Positions 1-12,420 of a stretch of DNA of 64,000 nt are shown here, piece by piece. Under the pieces are notes generated by a model. It was given only the letters and a program-made list of their open reading frames with translations. It was not told the origin of the DNA and did not search any database. Made by a program: the position numbers and the translations under genes. The stretch is from Trichinella spiralis. Its lineage: Eukaryota. Numbering within the stretch: the first letter of the stretch is position 1; each line of letters starts with the position of its first letter. The stretch spans positions 903,527-967,526 of the forward strand of contig NW_003526940.1 of assembly GCF_000181795.1 (NCBI RefSeq), given 5' to 3'.

Positions 1-1157
1 TTGTTTTTTCGTCCCCTCCCCGGGGGGTTCCGAGGGGAGGGAAATAGCGGGGGTCCGGCCCTTTTTTGAAAAAAGGATATGTCCGAAGGGATATTACAAA
101 GTTATTTGGGGGGTATATTCCCATGTGGACCTATTTTGATTTTTCCGGTGTAGGGGATTGGGTTGAAAAAAAGGGATCCCGGGGGTGGGTTGGGGATTAA
201 CAAACCCTATAGTGTTTTTGTTTACTTTCCCCACCCCCATTTTTTTATTTTGAATAAGGGAATTTCCCTTTTGCAGTTTCCACTTAAATTCATATTAGTT
301 ATTATAAAGCCACCTTTTTAAAGAATTCGAAGAACTATAATAGACAAAACCGTCCGAAACGATGAACTTGTAATTACTTTTTGAAAATCAACTGCATAAA
401 ATCAAAAATTTAAATAATTATACAGGATACATTTTATAAAATAATATAGAGTATGATAAAAACAATGAAAATGTACAGGATATTCTTTTTAGTAAACTCC
501 AAACTGCGTCGCCACCTAGCGATTGCTATTGCTGGATGTTTGACTGCAAAATTGATTTTTGAATATAAATAAATAAATTCACTAAAGAAACAAAGCTACT
601 GACTAGTTCGTTTCAACAACTAATGATCATTCTTGCCATTTTACAGTATTATAGTTCCCAAGTATTAAATTACAGAATATTACACTGTAAATGAGGAATA
701 CTGTTTAATATTAATTTCCTGATAAAAATTTTTTTAATTTTTTAAGCAACGCAAAAATATGGCAAATAATGTATGACATGCAAACTGTCAGAGAGGAACT
801 GAAAAAGATTACATAAATCTAATGTAGTATACGGTATTGAAAACAAAAGTTTCCTTATTTGTGAAGAAGTACGCAGTGCTTCCTTTTTTTGTATACTACT
901 TTTATATTTGTGCATTTCTTATAATTTTATTATTATAATGCGAACTCAGGGTGTGGAGACTGTTTTATTTTGAATTGCATATGTAAAATAATTTTAAAAC
1001 GTAAAAACGAGTGCTGATGAACATTTCGTTCAATTATGTATTTTGCATAAACGTTTTTCAGCTATTTTACAAATTTATACATTTTAAGAAATTTACTTTA
1101 GCAAATCTGTTGTGAAAAGTGATAACGATAGATATCTTGATTATCCCGAATTCCTAC

Positions 1158-1672
1158 TGTAATATTACTGTATGATAAATATAGATTGATTGATTGACGA
1201 AAAATGGGAGGATAATGAAGATTTGGTTCCATCGATTATTGCTCACTCAGTGCAATCGTTATTGTCGCTACAGTCACCGTGTAAGAAACGATGGGACAGT
1301 TGTACATTCATTTGTGATCACTGTTGCGTAATAAACTACGTAAACAAAGACGATCATATACTTCTTGCTTGAAGCAAGGAGTTCGCGTAAAGACGGAACT
1401 TGTTTGATTCCTGTATACAGTGTTGATATTGTGTGTGAAGACAGGAACCACAAAAAAACCGAGAAAATGATTTGATCAGTATCAGTGGAAGGAAAGACGC
1501 TGATACCCGATACGGACGTTGAAGTAGTACGAATTGAAACTACTTGATTTACCACCCAAGGTAGTGAACGATTTCGAGCGCATCTGAATTCTGAATTGCC
1601 GTTCTGATACTAGACGATACTAGAAGAACGTGACGATCGATTATTCAACCCGATTTTGGAACCCGTTTTACA
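1158..1672 (+). repeat. Putative 5' LTR of a BEL/Pao retrotransposon
   Basis: Ends ...TTTTACA at 1672, three bases before a TGG-initiated PBS-like sequence and the gag region. Candidate start TGTAA at 1158 is complementary to the TTACA end; AATAAA near 1330. The left boundary is uncertain and no second LTR is visible (gap). Confidence 0.5.
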
Positions 1673-2865
1673 TTTTGGTGCCACAAGCCGGGAGCAAAAC
1701 CGAGTGCTCCAAGACGATCAATGCAAAGATGCTGTGAACTGGTAATTGCAGAGAATGAAAGAGGAAATGACCAAAAAGATTGAAGAACTTACGAAGAAGT
1801 TGGATTGCACGAAATAACGTGTGAATGATTTGATGATAGAAATCCAGCATCATTGTGCTGAGAATGCCGAGATTGAGAGAATTGAAGTCATGGTGGCAGA
1901 AATGGATAGAAGATTCTGCCTCGCTGAAGACCTGCAGTCGTCATATGAAGACCTTTTGAACGAAGATGACTTAGCCACAAAAGTGCAAGAATGGAATGCC
2001 TTTCACTTCACCGTGATGGATGCTCGAGCTACTTTCCACGGTTATAAATAAAAGATCATGAAGCCATCTGTTACAGAAACTACTTAACGGAAGGCAGCAG
2101 GTGGAGAAGGAAAGGAGCTTTGCAATTTGAGAATTCCAAAGTGGCAATTAACTCCCTTTGACGGTGTCACAATGCAGTTCGGTGGATTCTGGTATCAGTT
2201 CCAATCCAGCGTCCATTCTCAAACTGACTTAAATGACATCGAGAAATTTATGTGTTTACGATCGAGCTTGAAGGGACCAGCTTTGGATGTAATCAGTGGA
2301 TCCTCCACAACTGCAACGAATTATCCCGAAGCAGTGAAGACTTTACGAGAACGATTTGATAGAGCGGACTTGATCATCCAGCATCACATCATCCAAATAG
2401 CAGATATAAAGAAAGTAACTGAATCGTCCGCACCGGGATTACGAAGACTATGACAAGATAATGCTGCACTTGAGAGCGTTGAGAGCAATGGGCAAAGATC
2501 ATCACCAGCCAACTGACAACAACCGAGATTTTCTTAGCTTTGTTTCAAAAGGCCATGCCATCAGAAGTGAATAGAAAATGGGAAGAGTTGATCGAATCAA
2601 ACACCGGCATATCAGCGAATCTGGAGAGTTTTTTAGAATTTGTTCGCAGACAGATTGACATAGACGAGAAGGTAACCTTTACGAAAGGAATCAAGTCTAC
2701 CGGTGTGGAGAAGTGCTCAACAACAACAACAACCATCCACGGAAATCGATCTAAAGGAATGCCCCAGTAAGTATACGACATCAGCGTTACCTGGTTTAGC
2801 ACCAGAGAAGACTTAGCTGTCAACTCCTGCATATTTCCATGAGATTTCTGACTGCACACAGTTTT
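1673..2865 (+). mobile_element. Degenerate BEL/Pao LTR retrotransposon gag region (DUF1759-like), cut off by gap
   Basis: ORF pieces 1821-2051, 2127-2453 and 2540-2770. LRIPKWQLTPFDG...FWYQFQSSVHSQTDLNDIEKFMCLRSSLKGPALDVISG...NYPEAVKTLRERF is the typical BEL gag motif. Interrupted by stops and frameshifts. Confidence 0.85.
1676..1693 (+). promoter_or_regulatory. Primer-binding site of the LTR element (TGGTGCCACAAGCCGGGA)
   Basis: Begins with TGG (complement of tRNA CCA) just after the LTR-terminal CA. TGGTGCC resembles the complement of tRNA-Phe or tRNA-His 3' ends. Confidence 0.55.
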
Positions 2866-5800
2866 NNNNNNNNNNNNNNNNNNNNNNNNNNNNNNNNNNN
2901 NNNNNNNNNNNNNNNNNNNNNNNNNNNNNNNNNNNNNNNNNNNNNNNNNNNNNNNNNNNNNNNNNNNNNNNNNNNNNNNNNNNNNNNNNNNNNNNNNNNN
3001 NNNNNNNNNNNNNNNNNNNNNNNNNNNNNNNNNNNNNNNNNNNNNNNNNNNNNNNNNNNNNNNNNNNNNNNNNNNNNNNNNNNNNNNNNNNNNNNNNNNN
3101 NNNNNNNNNNNNNNNNNNNNNNNNNNNNNNNNNNNNNNNNNNNNNNNNNNNNNNNNNNNNNNNNNNNNNNNNNNNNNNNNNNNNNNNNNNNNNNNNNNNN
3201 NNNNNNNNNNNNNNNNNNNNNNNNNNNNNNNNNNNNNNNNNNNNNNNNNNNNNNNNNNNNNNNNNNNNNNNNNNNNNNNNNNNNNNNNNNNNNNNNNNNN
3301 NNNNNNNNNNNNNNNNNNNNNNNNNNNNNNNNNNNNNNNNNNNAAAATCATCCTGTCTTTGACGTTAATTATCAGCCATCAATAATTATCAACCTCACTA
3401 CTGATCTAATTGTTTCTGTGAAAAAGTAGCTCAATAAATAAATCATTGGGTCAACACACATTATTTGACTTACACATTCATTGTATATATCTTCAATATT
3501 TGCAATATATAAATTTAATATACAAATAATCATAGCTGAAACCAACCCATGTGCCCGTGGAAAAAATATCATATCCAATGGATTCAGCATGACGCATATG
3601 TTGAAGAGAAACTGCTACCACATTAATATGAGAAATATTTTAAACAAAGTAACCGCTCATTTGAAAATGATTTAAATAAATTAATAAATGCATCCAGTTT
3701 TTGAATAATATTGTTTGGATATTTAAATTTTTTACAACTATTTTAAAATTTCATCATTTACTGTACAACTGACAACATGAATATCTTCAGTTTTAAAGGT
3801 ATACTTTTTATTAATTACTTTATTGTTTATCAGTTACTAAAAAGTCAAACTTTGTGCTGAACACTTGCCATTACAAAATCATTCATCCCATTGATGCGTG
3901 TTTATTACCAATTCTATTCAGAAAAGTTAACAAATACATTGCTTTTGTTATCATTCATTTTGTAAGTAAGACTTCCTTTCAGTTTATCGATCTATAAAAT
4001 TTTAAGGAAGGTAATTTTACAACGTTTTCATATAATCATTTCCTGTTGTATTAAACAAACTTTTAAATACTTATTATTTGATTTTCATATAAACCTTTCA
4101 ATGAGAAAACATTTGTTACTGGAAACTTTTATTCAATACAAATAAACAGAGGTTAGGCAAAGAATGAAAAAAATAGTTCATCTGAAAAAATCACTTCAGT
4201 TAATTCTACTTGTTTGAAAAATGAATTACGTCAGTTTTAGAAAACAAATTTTTTCTACTTTTTTGAAGAGAAAATTTGTTTTACATTGTACATGCTAAGT
4301 TCAGAAAAGCAGCAAACGAACTCGTTGGATTGTACAGTACATTCGGACATAAGAAGCAAAACTCGTAATCTTTGTCTAACATAAAACGTAGTTTACGGAG
4401 AATCAAAAAGAATTGCAAACTGATAAGATACTGTAGAATGTTGTAATATATGTGTATTACTTATTATTAATTTAAAAACAAATTTAATTTAAGCAATAAA
4501 CAAATTCAAAGTATTAAATGCATTAACCGTGTCCATACGAATAATTTATTTCTGTATTTTGACTGGGATAGAGTAGCTTCTCAGAAGTAATCATTTGCAT
4601 TTCCATTTCTCAGATTTTATGTACGATTTTGCTTCTTTAAAAAATTTTCCTTTCTCACTTTTCCGTCTTGGTTTCAATGAAATCCACAGATCATGCGGAA
4701 TAACATCACTGTGTAATTATTATTCACTTATTAGCTAGTCCAGATTATCAGCTACAGTATAGATAATAGGCAGTTTAAATCATTTAAAACATAAATAAAT
4801 GCATTAAATGCTACAAAAAAACTTAAATTTTTCTACAAATACAAATTCGTTTTAAAAATGAAACTGCTTCTTATTTTCAACATACTTAAAGCGATGTAGA
4901 ACAAAATGCATTGTGCCCCAATATATTATTTAAAAAGTAAAATAAATACTACAAAATAATAAAATTAAAATAAAATATAGTAAAAAGTTAACATTAAATA
5001 TTATTACTTTACTTTTCCGAAAAAAATACAATCAGTTCGATTTACGCATGATACATGTTTACAAGAATACTGTATAAAATTAACTTGATAATCATTAGAG
5101 TATAACAAATGCATTAGTAAGTAAATTTAATTTTGAAACTTACGCCTTTGCTGGTTTTCCACTCCGTCAACAGATATTCTTGAAGGGAATGGAAAAAAAA
5201 ATAAAGTATAAAAACTGCGCGCAAACGTTTAGATTCCCAAGGCAACATTACCATTTGGATACCTTGCTAAGAATGCGCTATAACGCTATATAATCAACAC
5301 TGATACTAAACACAGAAGTTGCCCCCCCTTTATTACTTATTTTGGTGCGCTAACGGTTACGTTATTAACAGTGATATGGGGCACGGATGATACGAAAGAA
5401 AAACGAGAGTGTTGCGACGTGGGTGTTATACCCGACTCATTCCGTTTTTTGGAGACGGGCTGGCGAGCTTTGATTTCGCGTCGTCTTCTNNNNNNNNNNT
5501 TTTCCTGTTCAGACTGTTTTTTGCTCGTTCGTTTAGTTTTTCCGTCCGCAAATGAGAGCGGGGTGTGGGGGAAATCAAATTAGACGGCAGCGACAAATTA
5601 TTCACTTGACTTTCTCAACATTTGTGTTGCCGTATGTTATTTTCATCCATTTATCATATTCGCCTGCTTTTTTTACTCAAATCACAATGCTGTGCAGTCA
5701 TTGTTGCTTCAAACTTTTCTTTATGACTTTCATTTTTATTTGTTCCAAGCGCCTTTTCTTTTTTCAAAGAAAAAAAAACAATAATTTTGAAAAGTGCCGT

Positions 5801-8800
5801 CTTTTATAACGTTGTTGTTACTGCAGTTGTTGTTGTTGTTGATTTTATTCTTTATTGACTTTTATGCTTTTCATCTTCTGCTGCTGGATAATTTTGCCTC
5901 GGTGCTTTATCACTTTTTGTTTTGTTCTCTTTGAAACAAATATATGACAGCTTCTTTTCTATTCAGATTGATTGTCTGTTTTAGCACAAATCTGTATACT
6001 GTGTAGCACATTCTACGTTGAAGTTGCAGACACTTTTTTGTGCATGCAAAATACAACAGACAACACGACTTTTTGTCAGAAATGATGTTTTTTTATTCAT
6101 TGCTTATATACATATATATTTTTTTATTAGTTTTTGTCTCTCCAGTGTTGAAAATAATAAACTGCCATTAATTGAAAATATTCTTTTTTTCATTATTTAT
6201 CTATCACATTGCTAGCAAATCAATCATTCATTGTTCAGTAAACAAATTCAAAAATCCGAATTACTAATACAAATGCTCGCATCAAATTTGCTGTTGCAAA
6301 ACAACTTTTCAACTAGATAACAACAGTTAATATCGAATATGAAGATCATTGGCATGGATGTACAAAACATAATAAAATGTACTTTTATTCACATTTCAGT
6401 TCACTTTATTTTCATTATAATTAATAATAATTCAACGATGAATAAAAAAAAGAAGAGCACAAAATATGATAAATTTGGCATTCAATTAAACTTATCATGT
6501 TTATCAAATTTCTGCTATTTGATTTAAAGAAAAAACAACATAATTTTGGCACTTGTTATATGAATAATAATAATATACTATATAGGTTCATAGGTTGTTT
6601 TTTTTTTAATGAATAAACTGAGAAAATGCATGCAAATTGTATAAAGAAAATGTAGCTTATTATTTTCAGAATTTCTTCAGCACACAGTTAAAGTTCAGTT
6701 GGACAGATTTTATCTTCGAAAAGTGTTCAGGAGGGAACTGGCAAATTTCCTTTATTTTATTATAAGCCAGCACCTCCCAACCACTGTTGTCGTTCTCTTA
6801 TTAAACTTTATTTAAAGGCATTATTATTTTCTACTGCACCACTTGGGTTTTTAAGAAATAAATAAACTCATTTAATCTGGTCATGAAAAGCATTTTCATA
6901 TAAAAAAAGTAATTGAAAAGCTAATTTTCTAATTTTAAATTATAATATTTTGGAAATTTTGTCATAAGAAGAAAAAACTACTTGGGATAAAGAGTAGTAG
7001 GAACAAAATAAGCATTGTATCTGTACAACAAATTCTGAACCGACGAAAGTTTCAAAATTTTTATTGATCTCCATTGTAACTGTAGTTGTACAATTTTTTT
7101 ACTACAGCTTCGAAAAAACTTGTCATTCTAAAAATGAATAACTTCTTTGCTAGCTTTGCTTTGCAGGATCGTAAATGCAATATGCCAAATGCTATAACTA
7201 ACGAACAGAAAGCCGCAGCAGCGTCTGACACTTGTTGCATTTATCTCAGATTTTATCTCTCTTCCTTTGTTAACTTTACCATGCAATGCTTTTGAATATT
7301 TGCATATTCACGAATTACCATTTCAGTTGCTGAAAAATGAAATTTACAACACCAAAGTGAACATGGCTTGCTTTGGCAATGCAAAATAATTCAACAGTAT
7401 TCAACATTTGTCTGTTTTTTCTTTGATTTTGGTGGGAGGTGGGTTTGGTTTTTATTATATGTATTTCTTTTTTGCGTTTTACATTACTATTGGAAAAATG
7501 AAACTGTGTTCTCTGTGTGTTGATATTTTCCATTTGAAAAGTTGTTTCTGTGTTAATGTTTGATTTTGATTTGATTTGATTTTATAAAATTGTTTATTAT
7601 GCTTTAGCAATTCATTTTATTTGATTAATCATTACGATCGACAAATTATTCCACCAGTACAGTCAGCAGCTGTGAGTAAAAAGAATAAAAATGAATATTT
7701 GGCTAAAGCTAAAGTGTGATTGGTTGATTTCAATGAAAGGGAATTCTTCGTTCGTGATGGAAGTACTGTACGTCATTCACTTCTAGAAAGACCATTGCAA
7801 ATTAACCTCAAACTGGGGTCAGAATTTAAAAAATATATTAAAATCAGATTAATTCAAGCAGTTGGAGATGAAAATGAGCGAAAAAATTGTGCAACAAAAA
7901 AAAGAAGAGGAGGAGGAGGAGGAAGAGGTGGTGAAGGCCCGCTAGGCTTCAATTCAATGGTAAAATCAAAATTTTGCATATTCGCTTTATGATTAATGGT
8001 AGATTTGAATTTAGTTTTCACATAGTGTTTCACGCTAATGCGCTTACTCTTCTCCAAACTCCAACGCAACATTCAGCAGTTGATTTTTTCTTATTTTCTC
8101 AACTTTTTTAATTTAAACATTTACGTTTTAATTTTATTCAGTTTCAAAAAATATTTATAAAATAGATTGCTATCTGAAAATGTATATTTCACTTCAAGCT
8201 GACGTTTCTCTTCGAAAAGTATATATGCATTTTTATTGATCAACGGTTATTTTCCAACCTTTTGTAAAAACATGCTTATCAACCGGATTTTACTATTTAT
8301 CAAACTGGTGTTATATTTATCAAGTTTACAAGTAAGCCGTTCATGTGTTCAAATTTAATACATCAATCGATCGATAAGCATAAACAAAAATAAACAAAAC
8401 AATATTTCTCTTTTATTCTATTTTGAAATTTACGCCCCCAAATAATGATGACAATCAGCTTCAACATTGTCAGCTTTGAATAAAGCGTCTGATTAGTAAA
8501 AACACTATGACAAACAGTGTCAGAATTCAAATAAATGGCGTAAAAATAAAGCACAAAAATTGACAGATCTGAAATATTATCAATCAGATTAAGATATATA
8601 TATATATACATGTGTTAGTTGGGTCCCTCATAAAATCACTTGATGAATGCACAGAGCTTACTTGTGGAAATAAATTTACATTATTTTACATTTAAAAATA
8701 AGCAGTATTAATTTTAATTTTTTAAATTTTAAAATTATAATTTAACTTTTACACATCTTCACGGTGTAGCACTATGTATAAAATGTCAGCAACAATCAAA

Positions 8801-8917
8801 GTAAAAAAATGCTCTTGCTGCAAACAAAGATGATTTAACAAGCTAATAATAACTTTAACATTATTAATTTACAGTAATTATGAAAGGGATGCTAAGGGAA
8901 AAACAAAAATTACCTTT

Positions 8918-8990
8918 TGCTCTTGCCTGGGCTCGAACCAGGGACCTTCTGCGTGTGAAGCAGACGTGATAACCACTACACTACAAGAGC
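8918..8990 (-). tRNA. tRNA-Val (anticodon CAC)
   Basis: Minus strand GCTCTTGTAGTGTAGTGGTTATCACGTCTGCTTCACACGCAGAAGGTCCCTGGTTCGAGCCCAGGCAAGAGCA: perfect 7-bp acceptor stem, anticodon arm TCTGC-TTCACAC-GCAGA, GTTCGA T-loop, and T5 Pol III terminator runs just downstream (about 8899-8909). Confidence 0.97.
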
Positions 8991-9938
8991 ACGGTGAGTT
9001 TCTTCAATATTTATTATATGATAATTCTTAATAATAAATCATTATTAAAAAAATAAATTGAAGTATAAATTTTTGAAAATAATCTTATTTTCAACAATGA
9101 CTATCAAAAAGGGCAAAATTTTGATTCATTATATTTACTACACAACTAGGAACAGCACCTTTACAAAACATTAATAAGAAAACAATCGATTTTTTGAGGC
9201 TCAGGTCCATGGATAGAAATTGCAATGCAATATTATTCCAATAATGCTGTATGTGAGAAAGAAAAGCAATAACAAACGACCTCTGAAATTGCTACCTTTC
9301 CATAGTTGGCAAATGTCATCGACCATGAATGTACCATAAAAATGCATTCTTTTTCTGGACGACACTTTGGGAAAAATTGTCTGCCAGAATCAGTGCCGCT
9401 TGCCAATACAAGAATGNNNNNNNNNNNNNNNNNNNNNNNNNNNNNNNNNNNNNNNNNNNNNNNNNNNNNNNNNNNNNNNNNNNNNNNNNNNNNNNNNNNN
9501 NNNNNNNNNNNNNNNNNNNNNNNNNNNNNNNNNNNNNNNNNNNNNNNNNNNNNNNNNNNNNNNNNNNNNNNNNNNNNNNNNNNNNNNNNNNNNNNNNNNN
9601 NNNNNNNNNNNNNNNNNNNNNNNNNNNNNNNNNNNNNNNNNNNNNNNNNNNNNNNNNNNNNNNNNNNNNNNNNNNNNNNNNNNNNNNNNNNNNNNNNNNN
9701 NNNNNNNNNNNNNNNNNNNNNNNNNNNNNNNNNNNNNNNNNNNNNNNNNNNNNNNNNNNNNNNNNNNNNNNNNNNNNNNNNNNNNNNNNNNNNNNNNNNN
9801 NNNNNNNNNNNNNNNNNNNNNNNNNNNNNNNNNNNNNNNNNNNNNNNNNNNNNNNNNNNNNNNNNNNNNNNNNNNNNNNNNNNNNNNNNNNNNNNNNNNN
9901 NNNNNNNNNNNNNNNNNNNNNNNNNNNNNNNNNNNNNN

Positions 9939-11209
9939 TTTTGTCAAAGGAGAGAAGGGGGTTATTTTGTTGTTCTTGTTGATGATTGTTGCACATGTTT
10001 TGAAGCTTGGCGTGCGGCAACTGTTGAAATTATTTTACAAAGTGCTCAGTGCAGAGTTGCTGAAGCTGCACAATGTGCAACGGGATCCAAAATAGAATCG
10101 CATGGCGCAAATTCAGGTACCCATTGGGCCATTGCGTGTTTGTGCCAAACAGTTTCGCCGGGTGAATGGGAAGAAAAATTTACTTTCCATTCATTATAGC
10201 TGTTGTTCAAAATTTCAATATTGTTTCAGTTTGAGCAAATTTTAGGCTGCGCATATTTTGAAGTGAAAATTAATAATAACACAGACAGACGGACACACCG
10301 ATTATGATTCGAATCAGAGATTCTCAATTTTAGCTGAGCGAAAATAATCAGTAATAATAATTTCATTTCAATTTCCTCATTTCTGTGTACATCCAATTCT
10401 GACCAGTGAACTTATTTATGCAGAAGGAAGATTTTCTTTCCGGCTTCAAATGTCTCTTTCCGACTCTCTGTGCATACACCCGCCTGGCACACACGCACAT
10501 ATCATTTTACATTTATTATTACTTATTTATATCATTGATGCAATGATGATATTTATTATTAGTAGAAGATGAGATCTTTGGAAAAGGCTTTAGGTTTTGA
10601 ATGTAAAAATTTTTGAAAATTTTCGAAAAGTTTACAAAACGCAATTGCAAAACTTGCAAGCTTGCTAAACTGGTTGGATGTAAGCATTCATTCAGTTTTG
10701 CAGCACAACAAGAGAAAACGAGGATGCTTTTTCTTCACTTCAAATGAAGCGTTTATTTATTTATTTGTTTAATTTTTCATTCATTTATCAAACATTCGCA
10801 CGAACAAGCGGATTGTTTTTCACTTGGAAAATTGAAAAATTAAATACTTTGACAAACATACGTCCGTCTTTGCGCATATTTTTCAATGTAAATTCTCTTT
10901 TGCGTTTCAAATACAGCCAGAGGCGCATTATTTATTCTGCAGTGAAAAATGATGCTTTCGCTTCTTCAATTTTTGATCATTTCTAATTTTAATACCGCAG
11001 ATGCAGTTTTTGTCTTGAAGCAACAAAATTTGACGAGAAGAATGATGTTTTCATTTTTTGGGGGAAAATTTTCGAAATATTTTTCTCTTACACTGCTCGC
11101 AAATTAATCGTTTACTGCACTTTGTGCGTTGTGCTTCAGCGAAAAATATAATCTACCATTAGAATTTGATTGGACATCTGTGAACTTTTCACTGCAGCAG
11201 AGATATATA
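9939..11209 (+). repeat. Near-identical copy of 14069-15320 (intron of the Ig gene), probably a redundant contig
   Basis: Sequence matches 14069-15320; identical ORFs at 10744 and 14855. Bounded on both sides by N-gaps, with differences concentrated at the ends as small indels. Confidence 0.9.
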
Positions 11210-12420
11210 NNNNNNNNNNTTCTGTTCATTTCTTATCATAATTGAAAATCTTGTTCATCCGCATTATTTGGACAAGTTATCTATGATGTAGATGATGATG
11301 ATGATGGTTATTTGGATACTTTTTCGGTTGATTCAAGTCGAGCTTTGTACAAGGTGAATATTTTCCATCCAGTCCATGTAAAGTTGACAGTCGATGACAA
11401 AATTGGGACGACTAGTTACAATTGAAGAAAGTGCAATTTATTTTACGAATTTATTCTTGCCAATATCCCGACGACGCTGTTTCCACTGACAGTCTGTCTG
11501 TCGATTTTGGACAAATTGAATTTTATTAATTTTTCAAAACAGAGAATGTATTTTTATTCAAATTATCATTTTAAATCAATCTTTTCTTTTTCTGCTTGAA
11601 TAATGATCATGTGAAACGTGAAGCGAATGTGTCTGTGCTTCGCTTGCTTGCAGTAGCGTCGTTGTTGATCGATTGTTGGTTGTACATTAGTGTGTGTGGA
11701 CGAAAAATTCTCCCCCCCCCCCCCCACCCCCGTTATTTAGTTTTGCTTGGTATCGTTGCTAAGTAGCAAATTGGTGTTGAAAGCTTTTCTGATATTTCTC
11801 TGTTGATCAATTGAAATTTATTTGTTGTACAAATTTCACGTGTATTTAAATATGAAGGGAAAATTTTTTTAATTAAATTCACTAAATATTGGAAAGAATA
11901 TTTTTCGCAAAGTATATACAATATTATTTATTTGTTTCTCAAGTACCTCATACAACGGTGAGGTCATGTTGCTCGTTTGTTAGTGCGAATTGCTTCAATT
12001 GACCGACCTTGACGTTCTACCAACTATTATTCGGTGCATTTTGCTGAGAAATAAATGTCAGAAATTAAGGAATCCAGTAGCTTCACAGCAATCCCAATGG
12101 GGCAGCTGTTTTGGGGGCGAATCCTGTTTGTCATTTTATATTTTACAATAATTTTCTATAAGCATTCCCAAAAATACCAGTTGGGGTTCGATTTCTTGCA
12201 TAAATTGTTCATCAATTTTCTCCACTTTGGAACATTTTTCCACCATCTGTTGAATGAACACGAACAAACATTTGTCGAATAATTCAGTTTTATTGACTTT
12301 CTGGTGCATAATTTACTGCAATTGAAAAGCAAATTATTTTTACAATTACAAAACATTTACCTTAGACAATACAGATAGACCAATTTTTCTGTACTTTAAT
12401 TTAATCTTGGCTTTCTGTAG

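Noticed and set aside
1..280. G/C homopolymer-rich stretch resembling a G-quadruplex or regulatory island
   Set aside because: Inflated homopolymers that fade into normal AT-rich sequence look like a low-quality read end; similar sequence precedes the gap at 5490.
9140..9416. Exon-like sequence next to the tRNA running into the gap
   Set aside because: No consistent reading frame or recognisable protein.
2545..10199. Long ORFs spanning N-runs
   Set aside because: Artefacts of translating assembly gaps.
11290..12282. Candidate signal-peptide exons for the Ig gene (MMMMVIWILF..., MGQLFWGRILF...)
   Set aside because: The first has a donor in the wrong phase for the 12421 acceptor; the second has no suitable GT donor.
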